From Thermodesulfobacteriota bacterium (GTDB lineage Bacteria > Desulfobacterota > Desulfobacteria > Desulfobacterales > SURF-7), in assembly GCA_049320885.1 (NCBI GenBank), contig JBMORA010000039.1:32288-96287 (forward strand): a stretch of 64,000 bases of DNA, written 5' to 3'. The notes under the pieces are model-generated. The model ran no database searches and was not told where the DNA came from. It worked only from the letters and a program-made list of their open reading frames with translations. The position numbers and the translations under genes were made by a program. Positions 39,999 through 49,890 of the stretch are shown here, one piece after another (position 1 is the stretch's first letter; each line of letters begins with the position of its first letter).

Positions 39999-41344
39999 AT
40001 GTGCTGCTGCTTTCCGCCAATACGCTCACCGAACCCTATCCGGTTTATCCCCTCGGGCTGGATTATGTCGCCGCTGCGCTGAGGCCGGGTCACCGGGTAA
40101 GGATTGCGGATATGAATATCCTCGGCGATGGAGAATCCCTGATTCGGGAGGTCCTCCGGGAGCCGCCGGAAGTGATCGGGATTTCCCTGCGGAACGCGGA
40201 CAATACCGACGCCGCCGATCCGAAAAGTTTTCTGCGGGAATACCGGGAGGTCATTGCCCTCATCCGCCGTCATTCCAGTGCCCTGATTGTTCTCGGCGGG
40301 AGCGGCTTCACGATTTTCCCGGAACAATTCATGGAAGAGCTGGACGCTGATTACGGAATCGTCGGTGAAGGCGAAAGAATGGCGCTTCTACTGGATGCCA
40401 TCGAACACGGCGGCGATGCGGCAACCATTCCGGGCGTCGTCGGCCGACGCACCCGGGCATGGAAGGCCGGTCCCTGGGAACGGCCGTTCGTCAGGGACTT
40501 CAACAGCCGGAGCGAGCATCTCGGGTTTTACCTGAAAAAGGGCGGGATGTTGAATATTCAGACCCAAAGAGGATGTCACTTCAAATGCATTTACTGCACA
40601 TACCCGCATGTGGAAGGACGTTCCCTGAGGCTGTTGCCCCCCGCCGAGGTGGCCCGCACGGCCCTCGATTTGCAAAGAGCCGGCGCAAGATATCTGTTTA
40701 TCACCGATTCGGCCTTCAATGCCGATATTGATCACAGCATGGCCGTGGCCCGGGCTTTCAAGGAAGCCGGCTTGAAAATTCCCTGGGGCGCCTTTTTCGC
40801 TCCCGTCGGATTGCCGGCGGATTATTTCCGGTGCATGGCTGAAGCCGGTTTGACCCATGTGGAATTCGGCACCGAGTCGCTGGCGGATCCGGTTCTCGCC
40901 GCATACCGCAAACCGTTTCGGAAAGCGGATATATTCGAGGCCCATCGGGCGGCGGTGGCGGCCGGTCTGTTCGTGGCCCATTACTTCCTTCTGGGGGGGC
41001 CGGGTGAGAGCTCCGGCACCATCGCCGAGACCCTTGCGGATGTTGACAAGCTGAAACGAACTGTTTTATTTTTTTTCTGTGGCATGCGGATTTATCCCAA
41101 CACGGCATTGTACGATCTGGCCGGCCGGGAGGGATTGATCGGGAGTCATGGCGACATTTTACATCCTGTATTTTATCGCAACAAGGCCCTGGAAGCTATC
41201 GACATCATCGGCATGGTCCAACTTGCCGCCCGGCAAAGACCCAACTGGGTGGTCGGATCGGGGGGCGGAGATACGGCCCGGGTTATCGCCAGGTTGTATG
41301 AACGCGGCTATACGGGGCCTCTTTGGGAGCATTTGATTCGATAG
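39995..41344 (+). CDS. Lipid-biosynthesis B12-binding radical SAM protein
   Basis: PYPVYPLGL...GISLRN.D, GGSGF; RGCHFKCIYC; MRIYP.T. Confidence 0.9.
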   Translation: MNVLLLSANTLTEPYPVYPLGLDYVAAALRPGHRVRIADMNILGDGESLIREVLREPPEVIGISLRNADNTDAADPKSFLREYREVIALIRRHSSALIVLGGSGFTIFPEQFMEELDADYGIVGEGERMALLLDAIEHGGDAATIPGVVGRRTRAWKAGPWERPFVRDFNSRSEHLGFYLKKGGMLNIQTQRGCHFKCIYCTYPHVEGRSLRLLPPAEVARTALDLQRAGARYLFITDSAFNADIDHSMAVARAFKEAGLKIPWGAFFAPVGLPADYFRCMAEAGLTHVEFGTESLADPVLAAYRKPFRKADIFEAHRAAVAAGLFVAHYFLLGGPGESSGTIAETLADVDKLKRTVLFFFCGMRIYPNTALYDLAGREGLIGSHGDILHPVFYRNKALEAIDIIGMVQLAARQRPNWVVGSGGGDTARVIARLYERGYTGPLWEHLIR

Positions 41345-41353
41345 CGAGCGAAC

Positions 41354-41731
41354 ATGTGGCATACCGTCAAGCATATCCCCCGTCTGGAAACGGCCGAAAA
41401 AGAGGCGGAAGCGCAAATCGGGCCGGATTCTCCCTGGTTCGAGGGTCATTTTCCGGATGATCCCGTCGTCCCCGGCGTGGCCCAACTGGGAATGGTGCTG
41501 GAAGCCCTCCGGCAGCTCCGGCAACAATCCCTCACCATTACGGAGATCAGGCGGATTCGATTCCGCCGCATTATTCGGCCGAATGAACCGATCCGCATTT
41601 TTACCACGGAGACAAGCGGACGGGTTGACACGGTGGGCTTTCGCATTATGGTTGATGAAGAGATGGTCTGTAACGGCATGATGGTGGTGAAGGCGGCGAA
41701 CTTGACCTTAGGTGAAAATAAACGTATATAA
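41354..41731 (+). CDS. FabA/FabZ-like hotdog dehydratase (ApeI-like)
   Basis: WFEGHFP..PVVPGVAQL. Confidence 0.85.
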   Translation: MWHTVKHIPRLETAEKEAEAQIGPDSPWFEGHFPDDPVVPGVAQLGMVLEALRQLRQQSLTITEIRRIRFRRIIRPNEPIRIFTTETSGRVDTVGFRIMVDEEMVCNGMMVVKAANLTLGENKRI

Positions 41732-41778
41732 ATAAATTTTAATAATCGTATGACGGAATAAGAAGGAGAATCGAACGG

Positions 41779-42045
41779 ATGTCGACGGTTAGCGATATTG
41801 AAAAAATCATGTTGCGGGTTGCGGAAATAATGATCGACGAGCTCAAACTGGAAGATGTCACCCCCCGGACCTTCAATCCGGACATCGACCTGGTGGATGA
41901 AGTGGGCATCGACAGCATGGACCTTGCGACCGTGGCCCTGGTTCTTCGAGATGAATACGGCATCCGGATCGACGAGGATGATTACCCCAAGCTGACCACC
42001 ATTCGATTGATTTCCGCGTATATCAAGAACAAACTATCGGCCTGA
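41779..42045 (+). CDS. Acyl carrier protein 2
   Basis: VGIDSMDL motif; RBS AAGGAG. Confidence 0.9.
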   Translation: MSTVSDIEKIMLRVAEIMIDELKLEDVTPRTFNPDIDLVDEVGIDSMDLATVALVLRDEYGIRIDEDDYPKLTTIRLISAYIKNKLSA

Positions 42046-42060
42046 TCAGGGCCGGAACGA

Positions 42061-43209
42061 ATGATGAACCGCAATCAATTTCGGATTCGGGTCCTCGATC
42101 AAAAAACGGAGAAGACCACATTGCGCGCCCTCAACATTGAACCCATCGAAGCGAGCCGTCGTCCGCACAAAACGGAATGGAGGTTTTCCGATCTGATTGC
42201 GGATCCGCTCGTGCGGGAACGCTGGGAAAGAGTCCGCGGTTATTTTTTTCTGCGGGAATCCACCTATGACATGACCAACCGCTGCAACATCCGCTGCGAA
42301 GGCTGCTACTACTACGAAGGGGACAAGCAGTTCGCCGCCGAAAACAGGGACGGGAACGCCTGGCGCGAACTGATGAAATCGGAAAAGGAGCGGGGGATCA
42401 CGTTCGTGGTGCTGGCCGGGGCGGAACCGTCGCTTGTGCCGGAGCTTTGTGAGATTTGTTATCGGGAAATTCCGTTGGGCGCCATCGCCACCAATGGCTT
42501 GAAACGCATTCCGGAGACAGTTGATTATAAAATCCATATCTCGGTCTGGGGAAACGATGAAACCAGCCTGAGAGTCCGAAAGGCCAAGGACATGCTGCTC
42601 CGGCAGATCGACAATTATCGCCATGATCCGCGCGCTGTCTTCATCTATACCTTTACGCGGGAAAATATCCGGCAGACGGAGGAAGTGTTCGAAATTTTGG
42701 CCCGGAACGGCTGTAAGGCCAGTTTCAACATGTTTTCCGCCCCGGTGGGATACAGGGGCGATCTCCGCCATACCGCCGAATCGCTTCAGGCTACGCGCGA
42801 CATGATGATCCGCCTGCTGAACCGATATCCGGACAATGTGTTGTTTTCCCGCTATAACGCCGTCGCCCACACCCATCCGCGCAGCCTGCATGATCTGTTC
42901 GGCTGTCTGTATCCGCGCATGAACCCTTCGGCCGGCATGGGGCTTGGTCGTTCTTTCCGTCAATACCGCACGGACCTTACCTGGGACAAGCAGGCGGCCT
43001 GCTGCGTGCCGGACACCGATTGCTCCGACTGCCGTCATTATGCCGCGGGGAGCGCGGTGGTGACCGCCAAATTATACCGCCATGCAATTGATCCGGAAAC
43101 CTTCCGTTCCTGGCTGGATTATGCGGATACCTACCTCGGCGTATGGGTGAGGGGCTATAAAAAAGGGCGCAATTTGTGCCATCAGGTGATTTCACCGCCT
43201 GAAAAATGA
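42061..43209 (+). CDS. Radical SAM protein A
   Basis: YDMTNRCNIRCEGC; GAEP; C-terminal CC...CxxC. Confidence 0.88.
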   Translation: MMNRNQFRIRVLDQKTEKTTLRALNIEPIEASRRPHKTEWRFSDLIADPLVRERWERVRGYFFLRESTYDMTNRCNIRCEGCYYYEGDKQFAAENRDGNAWRELMKSEKERGITFVVLAGAEPSLVPELCEICYREIPLGAIATNGLKRIPETVDYKIHISVWGNDETSLRVRKAKDMLLRQIDNYRHDPRAVFIYTFTRENIRQTEEVFEILARNGCKASFNMFSAPVGYRGDLRHTAESLQATRDMMIRLLNRYPDNVLFSRYNAVAHTHPRSLHDLFGCLYPRMNPSAGMGLGRSFRQYRTDLTWDKQAACCVPDTDCSDCRHYAAGSAVVTAKLYRHAIDPETFRSWLDYADTYLGVWVRGYKKGRNLCHQVISPPEK

Positions 43210-43226
43210 GGGCAAGGAGCCGGTTG

Positions 43227-44225
43227 ATGAAGACGGTCAGTACGCTGTTGGACAAGGAATGGCATGCACGCTACAGCCGTATTTCGAAACTGAATATCCG
43301 CAGTTCGATATATGACGTGACCAATCGCTGCAATCTGCGTTGCAAGGGATGCTTCTTCTTTTCTTCGGGCGAGCACAAGGCGGCCGTCGAGGAGAACGAT
43401 CTCGCAAAATGGGAGGCCTTCATTGAAAAGGAAAAAAGCCGGGGGGTGAACCTGGCCATCCTGATCGGCGGGGAGCCGACGCTATGCCTGGATCGAGTGG
43501 AGGCTTTTTACAAGCGGATGCCCACATTCTGCGCAACAAACGGTCTGATCAAGGTTCCCCGGGATCGGTTTCCGGACATGATGGTGGGAATTTCCGTCTG
43601 GGGAGATGAAAACGACGAGAAGCTCCTTCGGGGGAAGGACACTTTTTCCATATCCCGCGAGAACTATGCGGGTGATCCCCATACGTATTATCTGTATACC
43701 ATCACGCCGAAACAGATCGGAAAAACCGAACGGGTGATCCGCAAAATCCGGGACGTGGGCCTGAAAGTGCACATGCAGCTGTTGTCCAATGACGAGGGGG
43801 TGAATGGTTTCTCCTGGTCTCCACAGGAACTTGCGGCCATCCGTACGGAAATGGACGCCATGCTAGAGGCTTACCCCGGCACGGTGATTTCGTCCAAATA
43901 TTATCATGAAATCATCACCAGCGGAAAAATGATGGACCGGCGGTTCGGCTGGATGGAATGTCCATCCGTCACCGATGCGCTGGACAATCGGGAACCGCGT
44001 CCCCGGCGCCTGACGAATTTCATCCGCTGGGCCTCGGATTTGAAAACCATGCACCGCTGCTGCACGTCGGAGACCCGGGACTGCGCGACCTGCAAGGATG
44101 GCGCGGCTCATATGAGCTGGGTAATGGTGAACAAACGGGCCCACATGCGTTCCACCAGGGATTTGCAAAACTGGATAGAAGTATATGAAATGTTTGCGAA
44201 ATTATATCAATTCATACCCTGGTAA
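43227..44225 (+). CDS. Radical SAM protein B (paralogue of A)
   Basis: YDVTNRCNLRCKGC; GGEP; C-terminal CC...CxxC; alternative start 43206. Confidence 0.88.
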   Translation: MKTVSTLLDKEWHARYSRISKLNIRSSIYDVTNRCNLRCKGCFFFSSGEHKAAVEENDLAKWEAFIEKEKSRGVNLAILIGGEPTLCLDRVEAFYKRMPTFCATNGLIKVPRDRFPDMMVGISVWGDENDEKLLRGKDTFSISRENYAGDPHTYYLYTITPKQIGKTERVIRKIRDVGLKVHMQLLSNDEGVNGFSWSPQELAAIRTEMDAMLEAYPGTVISSKYYHEIITSGKMMDRRFGWMECPSVTDALDNREPRPRRLTNFIRWASDLKTMHRCCTSETRDCATCKDGAAHMSWVMVNKRAHMRSTRDLQNWIEVYEMFAKLYQFIPW

Positions 44226-44230
44226 GGGGC

Positions 44231-45481
44231 ATGGGATCAACAACAGCGGTCATCGTCGGGTTTGATGCGGTCTCCCCGCTGGGGCTTGCCTGGGAAGAAC
44301 AGTGGGCGCGGGCTGTCCGGGGTGAAAGCGGCATCGGTGTGCTGACGCGTTTTCCCCTGACGGAAGATTTCCCGGTTCGAATCGCCGGCCAGGCGCCGGA
44401 TATCGACCGGTTGGACTATCCGTTTCTGCGACCCCGGGAACAGGCCTGCTGGCGTTCTCCGGTTTTCAAGTATGCGCTTCTGACGGTTCAGCGGGCGCTT
44501 GAAAAGAGCGGACTTGAAATTACGGCGGACATCGCCAGGCGGGTGGCGGTTACCTACAGCTCCGCCATCGGCGGCATCGATGCCGTTCTGCATGCCGACC
44601 GGCTGATGATTTCAGACGGGAAATGGCCTCATCCGTATACCAATCCCAACGCCTGCATCAACATGGTCGGAGGCAAGATTTCCATGCATACCGGCGCCAC
44701 CGGGCCCATTACCGCCACCATCACGGCTTGCGCCACCGGTGTGACCTCCATGATCATCGGCGCCATGCTCCTGAAGGAAGGGCGGGCGGATGTGGCCATT
44801 TGCGGCGCCGTGGATTTTGCCCTGGTGGAACCCATCGTGGCTGGTTTCGCCACCATGAACGGGGCCTATGCTCCGAAAGAAGGCCAGGCGGATGAAACTC
44901 CCGCGCAAGCCAGCAGGCCGTTTTCCGTCAACCGCAGGGGCTTTGTCATTGCCGAAGGAGCTGGCGCGGTCATTCTCGCCACCAGAGAATTCGCCCGGGC
45001 CAATGGCCTGAAGCATTCCGTTGAGATCGCCGGCTGGGGGATGACCTCGGATGCCCATCATTTTGTGGCGCCGCATCTGGAAACCGTGCGCGACTGCATG
45101 GACATCTGTCTCACCCATGCGGGAATTCAACCCCGGGATGTTCAGGCGGTCAATGCGCATGCGACTTCCACGCGGATCGGCGACAAAGTCGAATATGAGG
45201 CCCTGCGGAATGTTTTTTCCGGCAGGATTCCGCCGGTGACGGCGAACAAATCCCTTTTCGGGCACGCTATGGGGGCTTCCAGCGCCATCGAATCCGTATT
45301 TGCCATTCAGGGGATGATGGCGGACAAACTGCCTCCGACCATCAATTACCGCCCGGACCCGGAAATGGAGCTGGATTGCGTTCCGGATGAACACCGGTCG
45401 CTGGTTCAGGAACACGTACTGAAAAATGCGTTCGGTTTTGGCGGTTGTAACTCATGTGTGGTTTTTAGAAGGACGGAATAA
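44231..45481 (+). CDS. FabF-type beta-ketoacyl-ACP synthase
   Basis: TACATG, NAHATST, KS.FGH, NAFGFGG. Confidence 0.92.
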   Translation: MGSTTAVIVGFDAVSPLGLAWEEQWARAVRGESGIGVLTRFPLTEDFPVRIAGQAPDIDRLDYPFLRPREQACWRSPVFKYALLTVQRALEKSGLEITADIARRVAVTYSSAIGGIDAVLHADRLMISDGKWPHPYTNPNACINMVGGKISMHTGATGPITATITACATGVTSMIIGAMLLKEGRADVAICGAVDFALVEPIVAGFATMNGAYAPKEGQADETPAQASRPFSVNRRGFVIAEGAGAVILATREFARANGLKHSVEIAGWGMTSDAHHFVAPHLETVRDCMDICLTHAGIQPRDVQAVNAHATSTRIGDKVEYEALRNVFSGRIPPVTANKSLFGHAMGASSAIESVFAIQGMMADKLPPTINYRPDPEMELDCVPDEHRSLVQEHVLKNAFGFGGCNSCVVFRRTE

Positions 45482-45493
45482 AGGCTGATTGTT

Positions 45494-46759
45494 ATGAGAC
45501 CGCCGCTGAACAGACGCGTTTTTGTTGTTGGATATGGTGCGGCGACGCCGCTCGGCAGCACGTTTGCAAGGACCTGGGACCGGGCGGTGAAAGGGGAGGC
45601 CGGGTTCCGCAAAGTGACCCGCTGTGAAGTGAAAACCCGCAGCAACGTGGTGGGAGAAATCCCGGATTGGAATCCGCTCTCCATGGACTTCATTGACCGC
45701 AAGGAAGCCCACAACTGGGATGCGGATTTTGTCCTCCTGACCATGGCGGTTTGCCGGGAGGCCCTGATGCATTCCGGGCTTGAGATGAACATGGAAACCG
45801 CGCCGCGCACGGCCTGCCTGATCGGTTCGGCCCTGAACGGAACCGATGCGTTCCGCATCGCCATGGAAAACTACGCCGCCAAAGGACCTTATAAAGTCAG
45901 TCCCTATCTGCTGCCGAATCTTTGCGCCAATCTGCCTGCCGGTAAAGCCGGCATGCTGCTGGGATTCACCGGGCCGATTTTTTCACCCCAGGGCGCCTGC
46001 GCTTCGGGTAATCACGCCATCGGAATCGGGGCCAGAATGATCCGGGACGGCGATTGCGATTTCGTCCTGGCGGGAGGGGTCGACACCTGTCTTGTGCCGG
46101 AAATCATCCAGGGATTCGCCAATATGTCCGCAACCATCAAGATAAACCCGGATGACCGGGCCTTTCTCGACCCAACCCAGGCTTCCCGGCCATTCAGTAT
46201 CGACCGGAAGGGAATTGTCCTTTCCGAAGGCGGCGGAGTGGTGGTGCTGGCGGCCCATGACACCTTGAAAACCTGGGGTCTGATACCCAGAGCCGAGGTC
46301 CTGGGGGTGGGGTGGACATCGGATGCCTATCATTTCACGAGACCCAATGCGGCGACCATCGTCCGGGCGATCCGGAGCGCCATCGAGGACGCCGGATTGC
46401 AGCCCGGGGATATCCAGTATGTGAACGCCCACGGCACGTCCACCATGAAAGGGGACGCCACGGAAGTGGAGTGTCTGCGAACCGTTTTCGACGGACTGCT
46501 GGAAAAGATACCCGTATCGTCCAATAAAAGCCAGATCGGTCATACCCTCGGGGCCTCAGCGGCCATCGAGGCGGCCCTGAGCATTGAGGCCATGCAGCAG
46601 GGGGTGATTCTACCGACGGTCAATCATATACCGGATCCGGTCCTTTTCGATGTCGATGTGGTTCCCAACACCACCCGGCGTCAGCGCTACGAGATGTTTC
46701 TTTCCAATGCCTTTGGATTTGGTGGAACCAATTGCTGTATTGTTTTTCGGGGGGTTTGA
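45494..46759 (+). CDS. FabF-type beta-ketoacyl-ACP synthase
   Basis: GACASG, NAHGTST, KSQIGH, NAFGFGG. Confidence 0.92.
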   Translation: MRPPLNRRVFVVGYGAATPLGSTFARTWDRAVKGEAGFRKVTRCEVKTRSNVVGEIPDWNPLSMDFIDRKEAHNWDADFVLLTMAVCREALMHSGLEMNMETAPRTACLIGSALNGTDAFRIAMENYAAKGPYKVSPYLLPNLCANLPAGKAGMLLGFTGPIFSPQGACASGNHAIGIGARMIRDGDCDFVLAGGVDTCLVPEIIQGFANMSATIKINPDDRAFLDPTQASRPFSIDRKGIVLSEGGGVVVLAAHDTLKTWGLIPRAEVLGVGWTSDAYHFTRPNAATIVRAIRSAIEDAGLQPGDIQYVNAHGTSTMKGDATEVECLRTVFDGLLEKIPVSSNKSQIGHTLGASAAIEAALSIEAMQQGVILPTVNHIPDPVLFDVDVVPNTTRRQRYEMFLSNAFGFGGTNCCIVFRGV

Positions 46760-46760
46760 G

Positions 46761-47240
46761 GTGCGGCCGAAACCGTTTGTCGCGGAATGGATCGATGGAG
46801 ATGGGCGCTATGTGCGGAATAAAACCGACGGAAGTGTCTGGCATCGCTGCATGCACCGGACCCTCTACGCGGACACGGATCGTTCCCAGGTGGTTTATCA
46901 CGCCAACTATTTGCGATATTTTGAATTCGGTCGGGCATCACTGATGCGTGACGCCGCCTATCCATACAGGGAAATCGAGGAAAACGGCTATGTCTATCCC
47001 ATCATCGAGATCGGGATCACGTATCACAGCCCCCTGTATTATGACGACGCCATGTGGATTCACACCCGTCCGGCTGCGATGGAAAGGGTCCGGCTGCAAT
47101 TCGATTATGTCATTGTTCATGAGAAAACAGGCGCGATTGTCTGCAAAGGGTTCACCCGGCATTGTGCCACGAACCGGGCCGGGGTTCCCGTGGGGGTGGA
47201 TGACAAAACAGTTCATTTATGGGAAGTATTTCCAAAATAA
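46761..47240 (+). CDS. YbgC/4HBT-type acyl-CoA/ACP thioesterase
   Basis: YADTD...VVYHANYL.YFE.GR; GTG start approximate. Confidence 0.88.
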   Translation: MRPKPFVAEWIDGDGRYVRNKTDGSVWHRCMHRTLYADTDRSQVVYHANYLRYFEFGRASLMRDAAYPYREIEENGYVYPIIEIGITYHSPLYYDDAMWIHTRPAAMERVRLQFDYVIVHEKTGAIVCKGFTRHCATNRAGVPVGVDDKTVHLWEVFPK

Positions 47241-48118
47241 TAACGGAACTCCGTCTGCCGATAACGGTATCCGTTCCCGCTTACCTGATGGACCATCGCT
47301 TTGACGGTGTGACGGTTATGCCGGCGGTGGAAGCCATGCAGATATTGGCCGCTTCCGTGCGGACGGTTTTTCCCGATATCCGGGTGCGAACGATACGGAA
47401 TGCCATTTTTGAAAAATTTTTATATATTGAACCCGGCTCCAGGATGTTTTCGGCGTTCTGTGACCTGACGCGGTATGAGAACGGGGAGGTGGCCGCCCGG
47501 CTCCAGACGAAATTCCGGAGCGGCCGATCGGCCATCACCCGGCTGAAGGAACATGCGTCGCTTTGTTTTTCAGCGCAACGGGCGCAAGGGGGTGCCGGCG
47601 TTTCCCCGATGCAGCCGGATCCCGGGGAACTGACGATTGCCCCGGAAAGAATTTACCGGGAGCTGGTTCCTTTCGGTCTGTCGTATCATAACATAGCGGA
47701 ACCGATAACGCTTTTTCGCTCCGGCGTGCGCGCCGTGGTCCGTGCGGCCGAGCTTGCCGGAAACGGCGTTTTGCCGGAGTTGCTGGGGTCACCCTTCCCG
47801 CTGGATGCGGCTTTTCACGCCGCCTGCGTCTGGGGGCAGCGTTTCGGCGGGATGGTCGCCTTTCCGGTGGGCTTTGAGTGCCGGGAGATCGTCCTGCCGA
47901 CCCGACCGGGCGGTTTGTATCATGCGGTCGTAACGCCGCTGCCGCCACAGGGGGCGGGGATACTGACATTTGACCTCCGGATAGAGACCCTGTCCGGAGA
48001 ATGCTGCGAGGCGGTATGGGGGGTCCGTATGCGGGATGTCAGCTCCGGACAAATCAAACCGCCGGCCTGGATCACCATCAGCCATGAGGGTAATCATGAA
48101 AGTGTTTTTTCACAGTGA
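47219..48118 (+). CDS. Stand-alone polyketide-synthase-type (double-hotdog) dehydratase
   Basis: L.DH...G...MP (HxxxGxxxxP), IY...V.FG..Y, LDAAFH. Confidence 0.8.
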   Translation: MGSISKIITELRLPITVSVPAYLMDHRFDGVTVMPAVEAMQILAASVRTVFPDIRVRTIRNAIFEKFLYIEPGSRMFSAFCDLTRYENGEVAARLQTKFRSGRSAITRLKEHASLCFSAQRAQGGAGVSPMQPDPGELTIAPERIYRELVPFGLSYHNIAEPITLFRSGVRAVVRAAELAGNGVLPELLGSPFPLDAAFHAACVWGQRFGGMVAFPVGFECREIVLPTRPGGLYHAVVTPLPPQGAGILTFDLRIETLSGECCEAVWGVRMRDVSSGQIKPPAWITISHEGNHESVFSQ

Positions 48119-48857
48119 TTTTTATTCGGAATATACATCGGATCCGGCGGCGGAAGCCGGTAGGATGGAGGCGATCCTCCGGATTATCGAGACGGAAGTA
48201 ACCATGATGGATATCGAGCTCGCCGGAGAGGAAGACATCGCCGCCGTGCATAGTCCTGATCATATCCGCCGGATCAAGGAAAGCGGTTTGTACGGAATTG
48301 CGGCCCTTGCAGCGGGCGGCGCCATCCAGGCAGCCCTGACCGGACTTTCCGAACCGGCATTCGGCCTGATTCGTCCTCCCGGGCATCATGCCTCGGCCGG
48401 TTCGGCGTGGGGGTTCTGTTTTTTCAACAATATGGCCATCGCCATTGACAAATTGAAGCGGGAAGGCCGGATCGAAACCGCCTATGTGCTGGACATCGAC
48501 ATGCACCATGGAGACGGAACGGAAAACATTCTGGGGCAGTCATCCTGGGTGACGATCCACAATGTCGCCACCCGCAATCGACAGGCATACATCGCCGAGG
48601 TTCAGCGGGCCATGGACTCCTGCGGAGCGGACATCATCGGCATTTCCGCGGGGTTTGACAACCATCAGAAGGATTGGGGCGGGGTATTGACAACGGAGGA
48701 CTACACCACCATCGGACGGTTGGTAAGGAAAGCCGCGGACCGGAAAGGAGGGGGTTGTTTCGGCATCCTGGAAGGCGGGTACAACCATGATGTGTTGGGT
48801 CAAAATGTATTGGCCTTGATTCAGGGGCTTTCCAACCAGACGGAATCAGTGATATAA
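48096..48857 (+). CDS. Histone deacetylase-family (Zn-dependent amidohydrolase) protein
   Basis: RPPGHHA, GFCFFNN, DIDMHHGDGT, SAGFD, LEGGY. Confidence 0.92.
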   Translation: MKVFFHSDFYSEYTSDPAAEAGRMEAILRIIETEVTMMDIELAGEEDIAAVHSPDHIRRIKESGLYGIAALAAGGAIQAALTGLSEPAFGLIRPPGHHASAGSAWGFCFFNNMAIAIDKLKREGRIETAYVLDIDMHHGDGTENILGQSSWVTIHNVATRNRQAYIAEVQRAMDSCGADIIGISAGFDNHQKDWGGVLTTEDYTTIGRLVRKAADRKGGGCFGILEGGYNHDVLGQNVLALIQGLSNQTESVI

Positions 48858-48949
48858 TATCTTTCATCCCTGAATGTCCCGGCGCGGGAAACCGGTTGCG
48901 GGGCTTGGCGCTCACGAAGATCTCCATCATCCACGAGAAAGGAGCCACC

Positions 48950-49354
48950 ATGACGGACAATTCGGAAAAACGCATATTCAGGCGGCTGATGTTTCCCCCC
49001 GATGAAATTATCGGCGCCACCCTCAGCCTCTCTTCTTATTCGGAAGAAATCATCAAGGCAACCATACTGAACATCAGCGAAGGGGGGTTGGGCCTGAAAT
49101 TCAACCTGCGCGAGACCGGTATTATTCACGAGGGGGATCATCTGAAGCTGGAGACGCTGATCGGAATGGACCCCTTGAAAATTCTGGAAGGTGTCGAAGC
49201 CGAAATCCGATGGGTGCTGCATCACAAGTCCATTCGGGGGGTGCGGGCCGGTTGCCGGTTTATCAACCTTGCGGAAACGAAGCTGGCGGCCATCCGGGAA
49301 TACATCAGCAACCTGATGGATGAAAAGATCCGCAAACAGGACGAGGAATTTTAA
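48950..49354 (+). CDS. PilZ domain protein
   Basis: EKRIFRR and NISEGG motifs; RBS AAGGAG. Confidence 0.85.
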   Translation: MTDNSEKRIFRRLMFPPDEIIGATLSLSSYSEEIIKATILNISEGGLGLKFNLRETGIIHEGDHLKLETLIGMDPLKILEGVEAEIRWVLHHKSIRGVRAGCRFINLAETKLAAIREYISNLMDEKIRKQDEEF

Positions 49355-49471
49355 TGCCGGGAGAATAGGTTGAAATGATCGGGCCGAAATGATACAGAAG
49401 GGCGAAACCCTCGGCCGATACCTTTTGTGACAGACCGGCCGGATGAACACCATCAAGCTCTGGAAAAAAAC

Positions 49472-49798
49472 ATGACGTTACAAGAAATTCTCGACCGCTG
49501 CGGCAAGCTGAAAATCCATGAAATCAGAAGCGAAAATGAAGAGTACTATGAAATTGTGATCTACAATGCTGAAATGGAAGAATGGCACCGCTTGTTCACC
49601 GGTTTGCTGGGACCAGCCAGAAAACCGGAAGGAGTGGAGCCCACCGATGCGGACTTGGATTTGACCAGGTCGTCCGGTGGAATCCGGGCGAACCAGACCT
49701 TGTTTGAAAGCGTGTTCAGCAACGGAACGATCATCGCCAAGTTCTGGCCCTGGGAAGACAATATACACACCACCTTGAAAATGGCATTATTGGCCTGA
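49472..49798 (+). CDS. Hypothetical protein
   Basis: Protein-like ORF (LGP..KP, GGIR.NQTL, WPW) filling the intergenic gap. Confidence 0.65.
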   Translation: MTLQEILDRCGKLKIHEIRSENEEYYEIVIYNAEMEEWHRLFTGLLGPARKPEGVEPTDADLDLTRSSGGIRANQTLFESVFSNGTIIAKFWPWEDNIHTTLKMALLA

Positions 49799-49890
49799 TG
49801 TCCGCCAGTGTAATGGTTCCCCTTGCGGACAGGTTTGGACAATAAGCAACGAGCCGTTTTTCCCCTTTTTCCCTTTTATTTCCATAAGTA

